From the NCBI GenBank assembly GCA_034530615.2, contig JAVRCV020000031.1:144450-208449 (forward strand): a stretch of DNA of 64,000 nt, in the 5' to 3' direction. Origin of the DNA: Aulosira sp. ZfuVER01 (GTDB taxonomy: Bacteria; Cyanobacteriota; Cyanobacteriia; Cyanobacteriales; Nostocaceae). A program made the translations under genes and the position numbers. The notes under the pieces were generated by a model. The model worked only from the letters and a program-made list of their open reading frames with translations. It ran no database searches and was not told where the DNA came from. Below are positions 1-10,584 of this stretch, piece after piece. The number at the start of each line of letters is the position of its first letter. Positions within the stretch are counted from its first letter, which is position 1.

Positions 1-812
1 ATCCCAATTGTCAGTAAAGGAAAGCCCAAACCAATGATGCGATAACTGATGTTGTCTAGGGTTTCTGCAAGGCTAAGACGTTGAGGAGATAAGGGTTCAG
101 CAGATGTGACAGTTTCCGACTGTGGGGCAGTTACTAAATTCAAAACTGCGGTTTTACCGTTACCGTTACTATTGCTTTCATAGCGAACAAAACCATTATT
201 TTCAACAGCAGGTGCTTGTGGTTCAGAGACTAACTCACCTGCTTTGTGTAACTTATAACCATTGCTACGATAACCACCAGTACCAACAGAACTGCCTTGT
301 AGTTGAATATTTTGACCGCGAGTAACGATGAGAAAAGCGATCGCTAGCAAAGCACCCACCATTAAAGCAGAATAACTCAACATCATCACACTGACGTGCA
401 TCATCAGCCAATTGGACTTGAGCGCTGGTACTAGAGGTTCTGCCGCTTGCATTTGCGATGGCAATGTTAGGGTAGCAAAAGCTGTAATCCCCATCGCCAC
501 CGGGGCAGTTACCACTCCCACTAAGCGGCTGCGGCTAGAATTTTCAGCAATCAGATGAATAGTGGTAATTCCCCAAGTCAAGAAAAACAGGGATTCATAC
601 AAATTGCTGAGTGGAAAATAACCAGCTTCTATCCATCGTGCCCCTAATAAGGTGGCTATGCACAAATTTGCGATCGCCATTCCAGCTGTCCCCAAAGCAG
701 CAAAGGCCGGCAGATTCGGAAAAGCCGCCCCTACCCAATACACCAGCATGGTGAGGAATAAGACAGCAAAGGAAGCATTGTCCAGCCAGTTCTGGAGTAC
801 AACCAGATTCAT
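1..812 (-). CDS. ccsA: Cytochrome c biogenesis protein CcsA/CcsB (3' end runs off the window)
   Basis: Not in the ORF track. Manual reverse-strand translation from ATG at 812 gives [32 protein letters not shown]... and later [15 protein letters not shown] and [22 protein letters not shown], which are characteristic CcsA motifs. Confidence 0.93.
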   Translation of the reverse strand, partial: MNLVVLQNWLDNASFAVLFLTMLVYWVGAAFPNLPAFAALGTAGMAIANLCIATLLGARWIEAGYFPLSNLYESLFFLTWGITTIHLIAENSSRSRLVGVVTAPVAMGITAFATLTLPSQMQAAEPLVPALKSNWLMMHVSVMMLSYSALMVGALLAIAFLIVTRGQNIQLQGSSVGTGGYRSNGYKLHKAGELVSEPQAPAVENNGFVRYESNSNGNGKTAVLNLVTAPQSETVTSAEPLSPQRLSLAETLDNISYRIIGLGFPLLTIG

Positions 813-914
813 AAAGTGTTCTCCCCAGTGGATTCTTGAAAAATTTTGATTCTGACTGTTCTGATCCTATCTGCTTAGAGGTTATTGGGTCATAGGTTTT
901 TTTCAGTCAAAGGT

Positions 915-1000
915 CATTGGGCATTGGGCATTGGGCATTGGGCATTGGGCATAGTTAACAATTCTTTTTGTCTTCCTTGTCTCCCTTGTCCTCCCTCATT
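915..1000. repeat. STRR heptamer array (CATTGGG)x5 followed by imperfect 9-mer CCTTGTCTC-type repeats
   Basis: Directly visible tandem repeats, typical of Nostocales intergenic DNA. Confidence 0.9.
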
Positions 1001-1006
1001 CCCTCG

Positions 1007-2707
1007 CTAAGAACGATCAGCTTTTTTCAGTGCAAAAAAAATGTCATAGCGGGTACTGCGATTATCACTAACAGCAGTTGTCACACCAATAGAACGGGTT
1101 GCTGCTAACCAAGTTTGTTGATTGGGAAATACGGTTGGTAGGGGAAAATTTTTCGCTGTCTGTTCAACATCCAAGAAAAATTGACCATTTGTAGGATTGG
1201 GTTCTGAGGGAACGGTTTGTTGAAAAGGGATGGTGCTGGCTAGTGTATTACTAGGTCTAGGAACAATTTTATCGGCGATCGGCGCGCCTACTACTAAGAA
1301 AGCAACATCTCCATCTAACCAGCCGTGGGTAGCGGTTAAGGTACCAAAAGGCGCAACCCAGTTAACAACGGATTTACCAGCCACCGTTCCAGGTTGAATT
1401 TTGAACTGGTATTGAGTTTTCATCGCTTCATCGAGCTGTTTTAAGGATGTTTCAGCCAAAGTGCGATCGCTTGCTTGTACCATAAACAGCAGACCAGCTC
1501 GAAAATCTGCTGTTGAAGTATCTTTGGGAGTATTGGGAATTACTGATAAAGAAAACTCACCTTTCATCCACCGCAGTAAATCCCGATCTAAATCCAGATT
1601 TGTCAAGGATTTCACACCCCCTCGCAGTTGTTCTGCCGTGATTGGCGATAGGGGATTTCCTTGGGATGTTAAAACATAGTCTGCCCACAATCGCTGTAAA
1701 TTTCCACCCGAAAGCATCATTAAGGTTTCGGCTGGTACTAGGCTTTGCATTCTCCCAGCTTTATTTTCCACCGCCAACACCCGCTGGCTATTGGGGTTGA
1801 GCCAAGAAACACCTTTTAAACGTATTCCTTCCGGCTCTAAGTTAATTGTCCCCGCCAAGCCTTGGTTATTCTGAAGTTGAGCCAAAACTTGGGCTGGTAA
1901 TTGGCGATTGGGCGCTGCCGCCGCTATCCTAGCAGCAGTGGGTACATTCACATAAAACTGAGCAAAAGGTTGATAATTGGCAATTTTTGGAAAATTATCC
2001 GCAAAACCCCCCGTTGTTGCTAGCGAAGTTTTATTTTTGTAGGCGTCAATTGCTCGTTCTGTAGCTTTGGGATTATCAGTAATCACTAAGAACTGCCCAT
2101 CCAACAATGTTGCTGAGATGTTTTCCCCTGCTTGTCCATCGGTTTGTTTGATAGCAAAACCTTGATATGTGCGGTCAATCCATTTGCCATATTTTAAGGT
2201 TTTGGGTTGAGCTAAAAGGTTTTTAGCTTGTTCTAGGTTCTTTACTGGTAGAACCATTACCATTGACTGCTGGCTAGTAGCAGCATCTGCATTGGTAGAA
2301 ACGGGTTTGGGTGCGGGTTGACTGGCTTGAGGTGCGAGAATTGCCAGCGTAACTTCATTACCTACCCAAGGTTGAATATCTTTTTGGAAGTCATAACCAT
2401 TATTAGTGAGAAAGCGATCGCGCAATTTTATTAAATTTTTATCCAGTTCTGCTTGGGTTTCTTTTGTCCCATACTGCCGCAATTGCTGCCATTGTTTAGG
2501 ATCGGTGGTTAGAGAAACCGCAAACAGGGCATCCTGAGGAATAATAGTTGCTCCTACTGGCAAATCTCTGGAAAATGGTTGCCCCTGAGTCAATAACCAG
2601 TATGCTGCACTCCCCAAACCTATCAATAAACCAGTACAAGAGAGTGTCAGCACCAGAGATGGTTTCTTTGTTTTCTTCATCGGAACAGACACAACAGGCA
2701 GCGTCAT
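1007..2707 (-). CDS. DUF3352-family membrane-anchored periplasmic protein
   Basis: 566-aa ORF with a single N-terminal TM segment and the DFQKDIQPWVGNEVTLA / DLDRDLLRWMKGEF repeats typical of DUF3352. Confidence 0.75.
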   Translation of the reverse strand: MTLPVVSVPMKKTKKPSLVLTLSCTGLLIGLGSAAYWLLTQGQPFSRDLPVGATIIPQDALFAVSLTTDPKQWQQLRQYGTKETQAELDKNLIKLRDRFLTNNGYDFQKDIQPWVGNEVTLAILAPQASQPAPKPVSTNADAATSQQSMVMVLPVKNLEQAKNLLAQPKTLKYGKWIDRTYQGFAIKQTDGQAGENISATLLDGQFLVITDNPKATERAIDAYKNKTSLATTGGFADNFPKIANYQPFAQFYVNVPTAARIAAAAPNRQLPAQVLAQLQNNQGLAGTINLEPEGIRLKGVSWLNPNSQRVLAVENKAGRMQSLVPAETLMMLSGGNLQRLWADYVLTSQGNPLSPITAEQLRGGVKSLTNLDLDRDLLRWMKGEFSLSVIPNTPKDTSTADFRAGLLFMVQASDRTLAETSLKQLDEAMKTQYQFKIQPGTVAGKSVVNWVAPFGTLTATHGWLDGDVAFLVVGAPIADKIVPRPSNTLASTIPFQQTVPSEPNPTNGQFFLDVEQTAKNFPLPTVFPNQQTWLAATRSIGVTTAVSDNRSTRYDIFFALKKADRS

Positions 2708-3479
2708 TGAAACCTACACCTCATATTTACGAACTCGTTACTTGATTTGGACAAGTCAACCAAAAGGTTGCCCATGCTCTAGGGCAGCTAATTACAGAAA
2801 TTTATCCACCCTGGATATTGATGCTTCTTTGGTCATCAACTTTCCCAACTATTTCAAAAGCTTTATTTTTGTGGTTAATCACTTTTGGTAACACACTTTA
2901 TTTTATTTCGCAGGACAAAGTGGAAATTTTTCCCAAGGAAATCCTTTATCCCAAGCGATCTGAGGATATAACTAACTTGACAAAGCTGCAAGCCATCAGC
3001 ACAGCTAGATTAGTTCACCTAACTTATTTGTTGCTTTTACTCTGCCAGAACGCGATCGCCAATTTAACATGAAGTCAAAATCTGAAAATTAGATACTATT
3101 TTAAACGAGCAATTTTACTAACAAAACATCGTATAAAATTCAATAAAAATCGTAGTTTTGAATGATAAGTGGCTAATTTTAGTTATATAGAGGAAATTTT
3201 ATAAAAATTACACTAAAATTTGTAACTTTTAGCTCGAAATTGTCAATTTTCGTAGTAAATCAATTTACTGGTTTCTTCAACTTACATATTATTAATTTTT
3301 ATTACTTAACTAAGTAGCTGGGATTAAAGCCCTAAATTTTTCAGCACTTTAGCATTCACAACAAAACTCATAAAAACTAACGAAACAGACTACTAGCCAA
3401 ATTCAACCCGAAATTTAGAACAAGCTAGTTTGACATCTCTAGGACAATATCTCAAAATACAAACTCTAATTTTAGCTTT

Positions 3480-4103
3480 TTACGGATTGCTAGAACTTAG
3501 CTGCATGGGACCCAAGTATTTAGTTAAATAAGGCGAAAAAACCTCATATATTAATGTCAAAGGCTGTCCGTGGTGCCAAAACAAATAGTGACGACCCCAA
3601 AAAGGCCCGCTCACCTCAAAACCTTCCTCCAAAGCAGGTGAGTCGCCATAGTAAATCCCCTGTACATCGCGATACAACTCAGTACGCAGACGTGCTAGAC
3701 TAGCCCAAATCGGTAATGAACGGTTTTGTAAATACTCATCTACATGGCTCGCTTCCCACCAAGAAGTAGCGTATGCCAAACGCTGACCAGAAGCAGTCCG
3801 CAGCCAAACCTGTCGCCGCAGTCGTGGGCCTGGGACAGCTTGAATTAAATCCGGAGCAGCATCTGAGTCCATGCCAATTAATGACATATCAATTACGTCT
3901 ACTTCCGTTGGCTCACCTGTGAGTAATTCTAGATGGCGCGTTGGTGAGCCATCACCCAAAAGTAGCAATTGCCAAGCAGGTGCAAGCTGTGTGTGAGGCA
4001 AACTTTGCTTAATTACATCCTCCCCACCTTGCCAAATCGGAGTTAGACGATGCCATGCTGCTGGCAGTGTTAAGTTGTTTGTCGGCCTAAAAATTGCAGT
4101 CAA
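3480..4103 (-). CDS. ubiC: Chorismate lyase (UbiC-like, Ycf21/DUF98)
   Basis: LLLGDGSPTRHL, RLRRQVWL and LIYEVFSP motifs of cyanobacterial chorismate pyruvate-lyase; TTG start. Confidence 0.85.
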   Translation of the reverse strand: MTAIFRPTNNLTLPAAWHRLTPIWQGGEDVIKQSLPHTQLAPAWQLLLLGDGSPTRHLELLTGEPTEVDVIDMSLIGMDSDAAPDLIQAVPGPRLRRQVWLRTASGQRLAYATSWWEASHVDEYLQNRSLPIWASLARLRTELYRDVQGIYYGDSPALEEGFEVSGPFWGRHYLFWHHGQPLTLIYEVFSPYLTKYLGPMQLSSSNP

Positions 4104-4146
4104 TGTTATTTACAAAAGTTCACCTATTTCTATAAAAGCATAAAAA

Positions 4147-4187
4147 ACTAGCACCGCTACGCGGAATTCAAAATTCAAAATTCAAAA
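4147..4187. repeat. Small dispersed repeat ACTAGCACCGCTACGCGGAATTCAAAAT plus (TTCAAAA)n; inverted copy at 10584-10611
   Basis: 10584-10611 (ATTTTGAATTCCGCACAGCGGTACTAGT) is the reverse complement with about 3 mismatches. Confidence 0.8.
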
Positions 4188-4305
4188 AGCTTATGTTGTC
4201 GGTTTCTCAACGATTATAAGTTCAGATGCAATAGTCAAAGGTCAGCAGTTTCAGGCATTTGACCCTTGACTATTGACCTTGGACTTTTAACTATTCACTA
4301 AAAAA

Positions 4306-4386
4306 TGCGGATGGCGAGACTCGAACTCGCAAGGCAAAGCCACACGCACCTCAAGCGTGCGCGTATACCAATTCCGCCACATCCGC
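4306..4386 (-). tRNA. trnL-GAG: tRNA-Leu(GAG)
   Basis: The reverse complement GCGGATGTGGCGGAATTGGTATACGCGCACGCTTGAGGTGCGTG...GTTCGAGTCTCGCCATCCGCA folds as a cloverleaf with anticodon GAG and a variable arm. CCA is not encoded. Confidence 0.97.
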
Positions 4387-4757
4387 ACGGGTTTTCTCAC
4401 TGAATTTAGAATATAGCATAAATTTTCTGCCAGTGGATATAAGACGGACAGAAATATAGTCACTTCACGAGTGATATTAAAAGGGGTATAGCCAACGTGG
4501 GATGTACGGCACGCTTGCAAAACCTAGTTTGGGTGAATGCAGGAGACTAACAGTAGCAATATTGTTAATCTAGTTAAACCCCGTAGGCACTCTCAGCCAA
4601 ATCCTACCCTTTGGGAAACTGCCCAGAGGGCTGATAAACCCTTCTTGGGAAGAGGTTGGGGAATCTCCTGTCATAATTTGAAATAAGGCGGAAAGCATTG
4701 TTGCAAGTTGAATGGGAGAGAATGTCAATCTACTGGTACAGATATCGAAGCTAAAAA

Positions 4758-6101
4758 ATGAAGTTTGACAAAATATTAATTGCCAATCGGGGAGAAATCG
4801 CCCTTCGTATTCTCCGCGCCTGTGAAGAAATGGGAATTGCCACAGTTGCGGTTCACTCTACTGTTGACCGTAATGCTCTACACGTGCAACTTGCCGATGA
4901 AGCGGTTTGCATTGGCGAACCAGCCAGCAGTAAAAGCTATTTGAATATTCCCAATATTATTGCTGCCGCCTTGACACGTAATGCCAGCGCCATTCATCCT
5001 GGATATGGCTTTTTGGCAGAAAATGCCCGGTTTGCAGAAATTTGTGCTGACCATCATATTGCTTTTATTGGCCCAACTCCCGAAGCTATACGCTTGATGG
5101 GGGATAAATCCACTGCCAAAGAAACCATGCAAAAAGCTGGTGTACCTACGGTACCCGGTAGTGATGGTTTAGTAGAGTCTGAGCAAGAAGGATTAGCACT
5201 TGCCAAAGATATTGGCTATCCAGTCATGATCAAAGCCACAGCAGGCGGCGGTGGACGGGGTATGCGTCTAGTGACTTGTGAAAGCGATTTCGTCAAACTC
5301 TTCTTAGCAGCTCAAGGAGAAGCAGGTGCTGCCTTTGGTAATTCTGGCGTTTATATAGAAAAATTTATTGAGCGTCCACGCCATATTGAATTTCAAATTT
5401 TGGCGGATAATTACGGCAACGTCATCCATTTAGGTGAACGGGATTGCTCAATTCAGCGACGCAATCAAAAGCTTCTAGAAGAAGCTCCCAGCCCTGCTCT
5501 CGACTCAGACCTACGCGAAAAAATGGGACAAGCTGCGGTGAAAGCTGCCCAGTTTATTAACTACAGTGGGGCAGGCACTATCGAATTTCTTTTGGATAGA
5601 TCCGGTAAATTCTACTTTATGGAAATGAATACCCGGATTCAAGTTGAGCATCCGGTGACAGAGATGATTACTGGAGTAGACTTGGTTGCCGAACAAATCC
5701 GGGTAGCGCAAGGGGAAAGACTCAAGTTGAATCAAGACCAAGTAGTTTTACAGGGTCATGCCATTGAATGCCGGATTAACGCCGAAGACCCCGACCACGA
5801 TTTCCGCCCTTCTCCTGGACGTATCAGTGGTTATCTCCCACCTGGTGGTCCTGGTGTCCGCATTGATTCCCACGTCTACACCGATTACCAAATTCCACCT
5901 TACTACGACTCTCTAATTGGTAAATTAATTGTCTGGGGCCCAGACCGTCCTACTGCAATTAACCGCATGAAACGGGCGTTACGAGAGTGTGCTATCACCG
6001 GACTACCTACAACTATTGGGTTTCACCAAAGAATTATGGAAACGCCGCAGTTTTTACAGGGTAATGTTTACACTAATTTCGTGCAAGAGTTAAACAGTTA
6101 A
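4758..6101 (+). CDS. accC: Acetyl-CoA carboxylase, biotin carboxylase subunit
   Basis: [20 protein letters not shown] and [14 protein letters not shown] motifs. Confidence 0.98.
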   Translation: MKFDKILIANRGEIALRILRACEEMGIATVAVHSTVDRNALHVQLADEAVCIGEPASSKSYLNIPNIIAAALTRNASAIHPGYGFLAENARFAEICADHHIAFIGPTPEAIRLMGDKSTAKETMQKAGVPTVPGSDGLVESEQEGLALAKDIGYPVMIKATAGGGGRGMRLVTCESDFVKLFLAAQGEAGAAFGNSGVYIEKFIERPRHIEFQILADNYGNVIHLGERDCSIQRRNQKLLEEAPSPALDSDLREKMGQAAVKAAQFINYSGAGTIEFLLDRSGKFYFMEMNTRIQVEHPVTEMITGVDLVAEQIRVAQGERLKLNQDQVVLQGHAIECRINAEDPDHDFRPSPGRISGYLPPGGPGVRIDSHVYTDYQIPPYYDSLIGKLIVWGPDRPTAINRMKRALRECAITGLPTTIGFHQRIMETPQFLQGNVYTNFVQELNS

Positions 6102-6119
6102 GGGTAGTAGTTAGGGACT

Positions 6120-6195
6120 AAAAGGACAAGGGAGACAGGGAGGATAAGGGGAAATTACCAATGCCCAATGCCCCATGCCCCATGCCCCATGCCCT
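6120..6195. repeat. GGACAAGGG-type and (CAATGCC/CCATGCC)n tandem repeats between convergent accC and yggT
   Basis: Visible tandem 9-mers and heptamers. Confidence 0.85.
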
Positions 6196-6200
6196 ATTCC

Positions 6201-6494
6201 CTAACTTACCCGAGACAACATGGTCAGTAATCCTTGCTGACCCAGTAGAATTTCTCGCAGTAAACTGAAAATCCCAACCCAAATAATCGGGGTAATATCT
6301 ACTCCGCCTATAGGTGGTACTAGCTTGCGCAACAGTACGAGAAAGGGTTCAGTTGGCCAAGCTATGAGATTCAGGGGGAAGCGATTCAGATTCACTTGCG
6401 GATACCAAGTGAGAATAATGCGAAAAATAAACAAAAATATCATCAATCCCAACACAGGATTGAGAATCCAAGTAGTCAGGTTAACACCAGTCAT
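6201..6494 (-). CDS. YggT / YlmG-CCB3 family membrane protein
   Basis: RIILTWYP...PTEPFL...RKLVPPIGGVDITPI motif. The likely start is ATG 6494 rather than 6587. Confidence 0.9.
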   Translation of the reverse strand: MTGVNLTTWILNPVLGLMIFLFIFRIILTWYPQVNLNRFPLNLIAWPTEPFLVLLRKLVPPIGGVDITPIIWVGIFSLLREILLGQQGLLTMLSRVS

Positions 6495-6751
6495 TGGCTT
6501 GAAGTAATATCTGTGAACACAGAAAAAATCTAGGTGACACTCAAAAGATTTTAAGCTTTGTAAAGCACTCTCTATAATTTTAACCAAATGCTGTCACTTC
6601 CTGTTAGGCAAGGAAAAGTTAAATTGCCCAAGCAGTTAACCTCATCATTTGTGCGGGCAGTGGTGATTTTGTCGCTCTTAATTAGAGGCTTCTCAAGGAA
6701 GTGATACACCATTAGAATTATGATGAAGTGTGTAAAAAAAGGTTGAGAACT

Positions 6752-6871
6752 ATGACACCTGCTTTAGCAAATTTTCTTTGGAGTCTGTTTTGGGGTGCTG
6801 TGATTGTCGTTATTCCTGCGACAGTTGGGTTGATTTTCATTAGCCAAAAAGATAAAATCCAGCGTTCATAA
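6752..6871 (+). CDS. psbX: Photosystem II protein PsbX (39 aa)
   Basis: Too short for the ORF track. Manual translation gives [39 protein letters not shown], upstream of ycf66 as is usual. Confidence 0.95.
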   Translation: MTPALANFLWSLFWGAVIVVIPATVGLIFISQKDKIQRS

Positions 6872-7120
6872 TGCTTGCTGGAGTCAGTTTGACTCTCATA
6901 AACCATTGTCTGTTAGCGATCTACCTAACCACCAACAGAGCAATTGCTCTTACAAAGGACAAGGTATACTTAGCTGACAAACAAAAAATTTTTTAGCTTT
7001 CGGTGGATAGCTTCAAAGCTTCTTTACCAGTTGCTTTGAAGCTTCAATATATTGTGCTTATTTAGAGTAGTGATTTTAATTGTGACTCGCTAACATAGAT
7101 TTGATATTGGGAAAACAGCA

Positions 7121-8029
7121 ATGATAAATTTTGGGCTGAACTCAGCCAGTATGCTAGCTCAGGTAAATGTGGGGGCAACTCCAGCCACTTTTTTAGGAAT
7201 TTTCTTGGCTGTGGCTGGGGCAGCACTGTATTTTCTCCGCACTATACGTCCAGAGCTGTCACGAGATCAGGATATCTTTTTTGCAGCAGTAGGTTTACTT
7301 TGTGGCTTCATTTTGATCTTTCAAGGTTGGCGACTAGATCCAATTTTGCAATTTGGTCAGCTGCTTTTAGTCGGCACAACTGTATTTTTTGCCGTTGAAA
7401 GTATTCGCTTGCGTAGTATCGCTACCCAGCAAGCTAAACGCAACACTCCAATTGTGGATGAAGACCGTCCAGTAAGCAACAACTATTCCTACGAAAAGCG
7501 GCGGCGGGGATATCAGGCCGAGGTGGATGAAGATTTAGAGCCATTGCCTTATGAAGAAGAGGAACGCCCTGTACGCCCACGAATTCGGGCTAGCAGGGAT
7601 GACCGTTCTTCTCGTGATGATTACTATGAGGATCAACCACCCCGGCGTTCAGAACGTCGTAGTAGTAACGACAGGCAAGAATCAGGGGACAAAAGTCGTC
7701 GTCGTCCTTCTGGGCGTTCTGGAAGTCGTCCCTCAGATAGACTAGAACAAGAAGATTGGGGTTCTGTTTCTAGAGAGGTTGATGATTGGGACAGTTCGGG
7801 AGGAGAAGTGAGAAAATCTTCTCGTCGTGGTAGTAACGGATCGCAGCGTTCAGAAACTCCTGATGAGGATATCACTCCAAGACCAAGAAGGCGTCGTCCA
7901 CCTAGTGACTCAACTTCTCGCAGAGAGCGTGAGGATGATGAGGCGATACCAACTGACTATGTAGAATACAAACCAATTGAACGACCAGATGATAATTCTG
8001 ATAATTCAACCAATTTTGATGATATTTAA
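7121..8029 (+). CDS. ycf66: Ycf66 family protein
   Basis: RPELSRDQDIFF / FQGWRLDPILQFGQ Ycf66 domain followed by a long R/D/E/S-rich disordered tail. Confidence 0.92.
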   Translation: MINFGLNSASMLAQVNVGATPATFLGIFLAVAGAALYFLRTIRPELSRDQDIFFAAVGLLCGFILIFQGWRLDPILQFGQLLLVGTTVFFAVESIRLRSIATQQAKRNTPIVDEDRPVSNNYSYEKRRRGYQAEVDEDLEPLPYEEEERPVRPRIRASRDDRSSRDDYYEDQPPRRSERRSSNDRQESGDKSRRRPSGRSGSRPSDRLEQEDWGSVSREVDDWDSSGGEVRKSSRRGSNGSQRSETPDEDITPRPRRRRPPSDSTSRREREDDEAIPTDYVEYKPIERPDDNSDNSTNFDDI

Positions 8030-8059
8030 AACAGTCAGGGACGATGGAAAACAGTTGAG

Positions 8060-8629
8060 GTGAAAAAATTTACACCTAAATTTTGGCTCCAACGACCGAT
8101 TCATTGGAGCCTAGTTTTTAGCTTGGCAAGTGTGCTTGTATCTTGTAGTTCTAGTGATATCCCGATTGGGCCTACGTCTCTCAACAGTCGTTACACAGAA
8201 GAACAACCGACTTTGAGTGGAAATGGGCGCTTTTTAGCTTTCGTCTCCAATCGTAATGGTAGTCATCAAATTTTGGTATATGACTTAGATCGCCAAAGTT
8301 TTATGCGCACTCCAGGCTTAAACCGACCAGAGACAATTGCCGAAAGTCCTAGCCTGAGCTACACAGGACGTTACATTGCTTATCTGACTAGCGACCAAGG
8401 TAGACCAGTAGTAGCACTTTACGATCGCGCTATCCAACAGTCACAAATTCTTACCCCTATTTATCGTGGCTGGGTGAGAAAACCGGGTATCAGCCCAGAC
8501 GGACGTTATATAGTATTTGAAACCGCTAGCCGCGGTCAGTGGGACATTGAAGTCCTAGACCGAGGGCCAAATATTGAGTTAGATATTCCCAATGGTGCAA
8601 CAGTCGCTCCACTGCCCACAGCGCCATAG
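8060..8629 (+). CDS. TolB-like (PD40 repeat) lipoprotein
   Basis: Lipobox LVSC and P-x-LS-x-DGR-Y/F-x-A/V-F repeats. Confidence 0.8.
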   Translation: MKKFTPKFWLQRPIHWSLVFSLASVLVSCSSSDIPIGPTSLNSRYTEEQPTLSGNGRFLAFVSNRNGSHQILVYDLDRQSFMRTPGLNRPETIAESPSLSYTGRYIAYLTSDQGRPVVALYDRAIQQSQILTPIYRGWVRKPGISPDGRYIVFETASRGQWDIEVLDRGPNIELDIPNGATVAPLPTAP

Positions 8630-8705
8630 GTGAAAATAAGAAAAAATTGTGAGTTATTAGTTACTAGACTATTTACGATTGACTAATGACTAACTACTAA
8701 ATATT

Positions 8706-9230
8706 ATGAAACGCTCTATATTTATATCTGTTTTTGCCTGTTCAACTTTGTTGACTGGCTGTTTCGGCTACCCGCGCATTGTCAGTTATCCATTCGATCC
8801 GGGGGGTCGCAGCCTCAACAGTTTAGCCTCAGAATTAGACCCTCAAATTACTGGCAGATATATTATTTTTACTACTGACAGACGGGGCAGCCAAGATGTT
8901 TACTTATTTGATCGGATAACTGGCAATTTGGTTGATTTACCAGGTTTAAATTCTATAGATACGATCGCTTCTCATCCGAGTATTTCTGAGGATGGTCGTT
9001 ATGTCGTTTTTGCAGCCAGTCGTCAAGGGCGATCGGCTATCTTCCTCTACGACAGAGAAACACGCCAATCGCGGAATTTAACTGCTAATCTACAGGCAGA
9101 AGTTCGTAATCCCACGATTAGCGCTGATGGCACTAGGATTGCTTTTGAATCTACTAATAATGGGCAGTGGGATATCTTAATCTATGACCGTTTTGGACGA
9201 CCGTTAAATATACCTCAAGATCCACGGTGA
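8706..9230 (+). CDS. TolB-like (PD40 repeat) lipoprotein, paralog of the upstream gene
   Basis: Lipobox LTGC, PSISEDGRYVVF, PTISADGTRIAF and GQWDI motifs. Confidence 0.8.
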   Translation: MKRSIFISVFACSTLLTGCFGYPRIVSYPFDPGGRSLNSLASELDPQITGRYIIFTTDRRGSQDVYLFDRITGNLVDLPGLNSIDTIASHPSISEDGRYVVFAASRQGRSAIFLYDRETRQSRNLTANLQAEVRNPTISADGTRIAFESTNNGQWDILIYDRFGRPLNIPQDPR

Positions 9231-9248
9231 GGAAGTCTTTGTCATTGG

Positions 9249-10295
9249 TTATTCCTCCCCGTCCCCGCGTCCCCCTATCTCTCTTCCCTCGTCTCCAGCC
9301 CTGATTACTTCCTCCACAGCTTCAATGAGCGATCGCACTTGTTGAGTACCTTCTGATGATTCAAAGGAAAGTGGAAATTTACCTTTAGCTATCATCCGCA
9401 AACCCAGGGGTGCCAAACTGAGCAATCCTCGAAGATCGCGAAAATAATTACCGACCACGTGTAAACCAAATTTACGTTCATCAATCCAGCCTCCTTCCTT
9501 CACCAATTCAACTAATGCTTTACGGTGACGAATTGAGCGACCATCGCTGGCTTGTTTGCGTGAGAGAATTTCTTGTTTAATTTTAGTGATTTGCTCGAGT
9601 GGTGCAACCTCCATTGGGCAAACTGAATCACAGTACAAACAACGGGTACAACCCCAAACACCTTTAGTACCTTCGTTGTAATTTTCTAACCGATTTTCAG
9701 TTTCTTGGTCGCGGGAGTCTGCTACCATCCGGTAAGCTTTAGCTAGGGCATGAGGCCCAACAAAATCAGCATTCACTTCCCGAGCATTGCACTCAGAATA
9801 GCAAGCTCCACACATAATACAATTACCAGTTTGATCGAGGCGCGATCGCTCTTGTGGTGTTTGCAAAAATTCTCTTTCTGGAACTTGTCGTGCTGCTGTA
9901 CTCACATACGGAGTCACCGCTTCTAAATTATTCCAGAAACTGCTCATATCTACGACCAAATCCTTAATTACGGGCATATTACCCAGAGGTGCGATCGTGA
10001 TTTCTGGAATATGATTTACCTCACGGGCTGGCATGAGTGTTTTTTGTAATCTGGCTATTTCACTGCCAACATTTTCCTTACAAGCTAAAGCCGATCGCCC
10101 ATTAATTCGCATAGCGCAGCTGCCACAAATTGTATTGCGACAATTTTTACGATACGCTAAAGTTCCATCTTGCTCCCATTTAATGCGATTGAGACAATCC
10201 AGGATTGTATTGCCAGGTTCTACCTCCAAAAGGTAAGTTTGCAAAACAGGAGAGGAATTGTGTTGCTGTCGAATTACCTTAAAAATAATTTCCAT
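9249..10295 (-). CDS. sdhB: Succinate dehydrogenase iron-sulfur subunit
   Basis: CRNTICGSC, CIMCGACYSEC and CTRCLYCDSVCP Fe-S motifs. Start taken at ATG 10295. Confidence 0.95.
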   Translation of the reverse strand: MEIIFKVIRQQHNSSPVLQTYLLEVEPGNTILDCLNRIKWEQDGTLAYRKNCRNTICGSCAMRINGRSALACKENVGSEIARLQKTLMPAREVNHIPEITIAPLGNMPVIKDLVVDMSSFWNNLEAVTPYVSTAARQVPEREFLQTPQERSRLDQTGNCIMCGACYSECNAREVNADFVGPHALAKAYRMVADSRDQETENRLENYNEGTKGVWGCTRCLYCDSVCPMEVAPLEQITKIKQEILSRKQASDGRSIRHRKALVELVKEGGWIDERKFGLHVVGNYFRDLRGLLSLAPLGLRMIAKGKFPLSFESSEGTQQVRSLIEAVEEVIRAGDEGREIGGRGDGEE

Positions 10296-10507
10296 GACTA
10301 CCAACCAAAATTTTGAAATTTTTCTACCCGCCTGAACAATCTGAACTACAGACAGGTTACTCCGAAAAATGAGCTATACTCTTGTTGCCCTGTATTCCAG
10401 CTAGCTGTTAATAGGCTGATGATTAAAGACCTAGCGATTCTGGTACAGTGTCGCAGAACTAGAGTACTATCCAAAAACACCTCAAAATCCTAAAATATAA
10501 GATTTTT

Positions 10508-10584
10508 GTAGTCGCTCGAAAGCTGGCTTCTCCCAAAGTATTTTAAATTTTGTAGACACCTTTCAGGTGGCTTCCCTTAGAATA
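10508..10584. repeat. Two diverged copies of a ~33-bp hairpin-type small dispersed repeat (GTAG...GGCTTC...GTA/ATA)
   Basis: GTAGTCGCTCGAAAGCTGGCTTCTCCCAAAGTA (10508-10540) and GTAGACACCTTTCAGGTGGCTTCCCTTAGAATA (10552-10584). Confidence 0.65.

Noticed and set aside
2818..3072. 84-aa ORF in the AT-rich DUF3352-ubiC spacer
   Set aside because: No RBS or recognisable motif; cannot be supported from the sequence alone.
4306..4386. tRNA-Leu as an integration site for a genomic island
   Set aside because: No integrase and no duplicated tRNA 3' end seen in the window; the flanks are core genes.
4287..4520. 77-aa ORF in the track
   Set aside because: It overlaps tRNA-Leu and is spurious.
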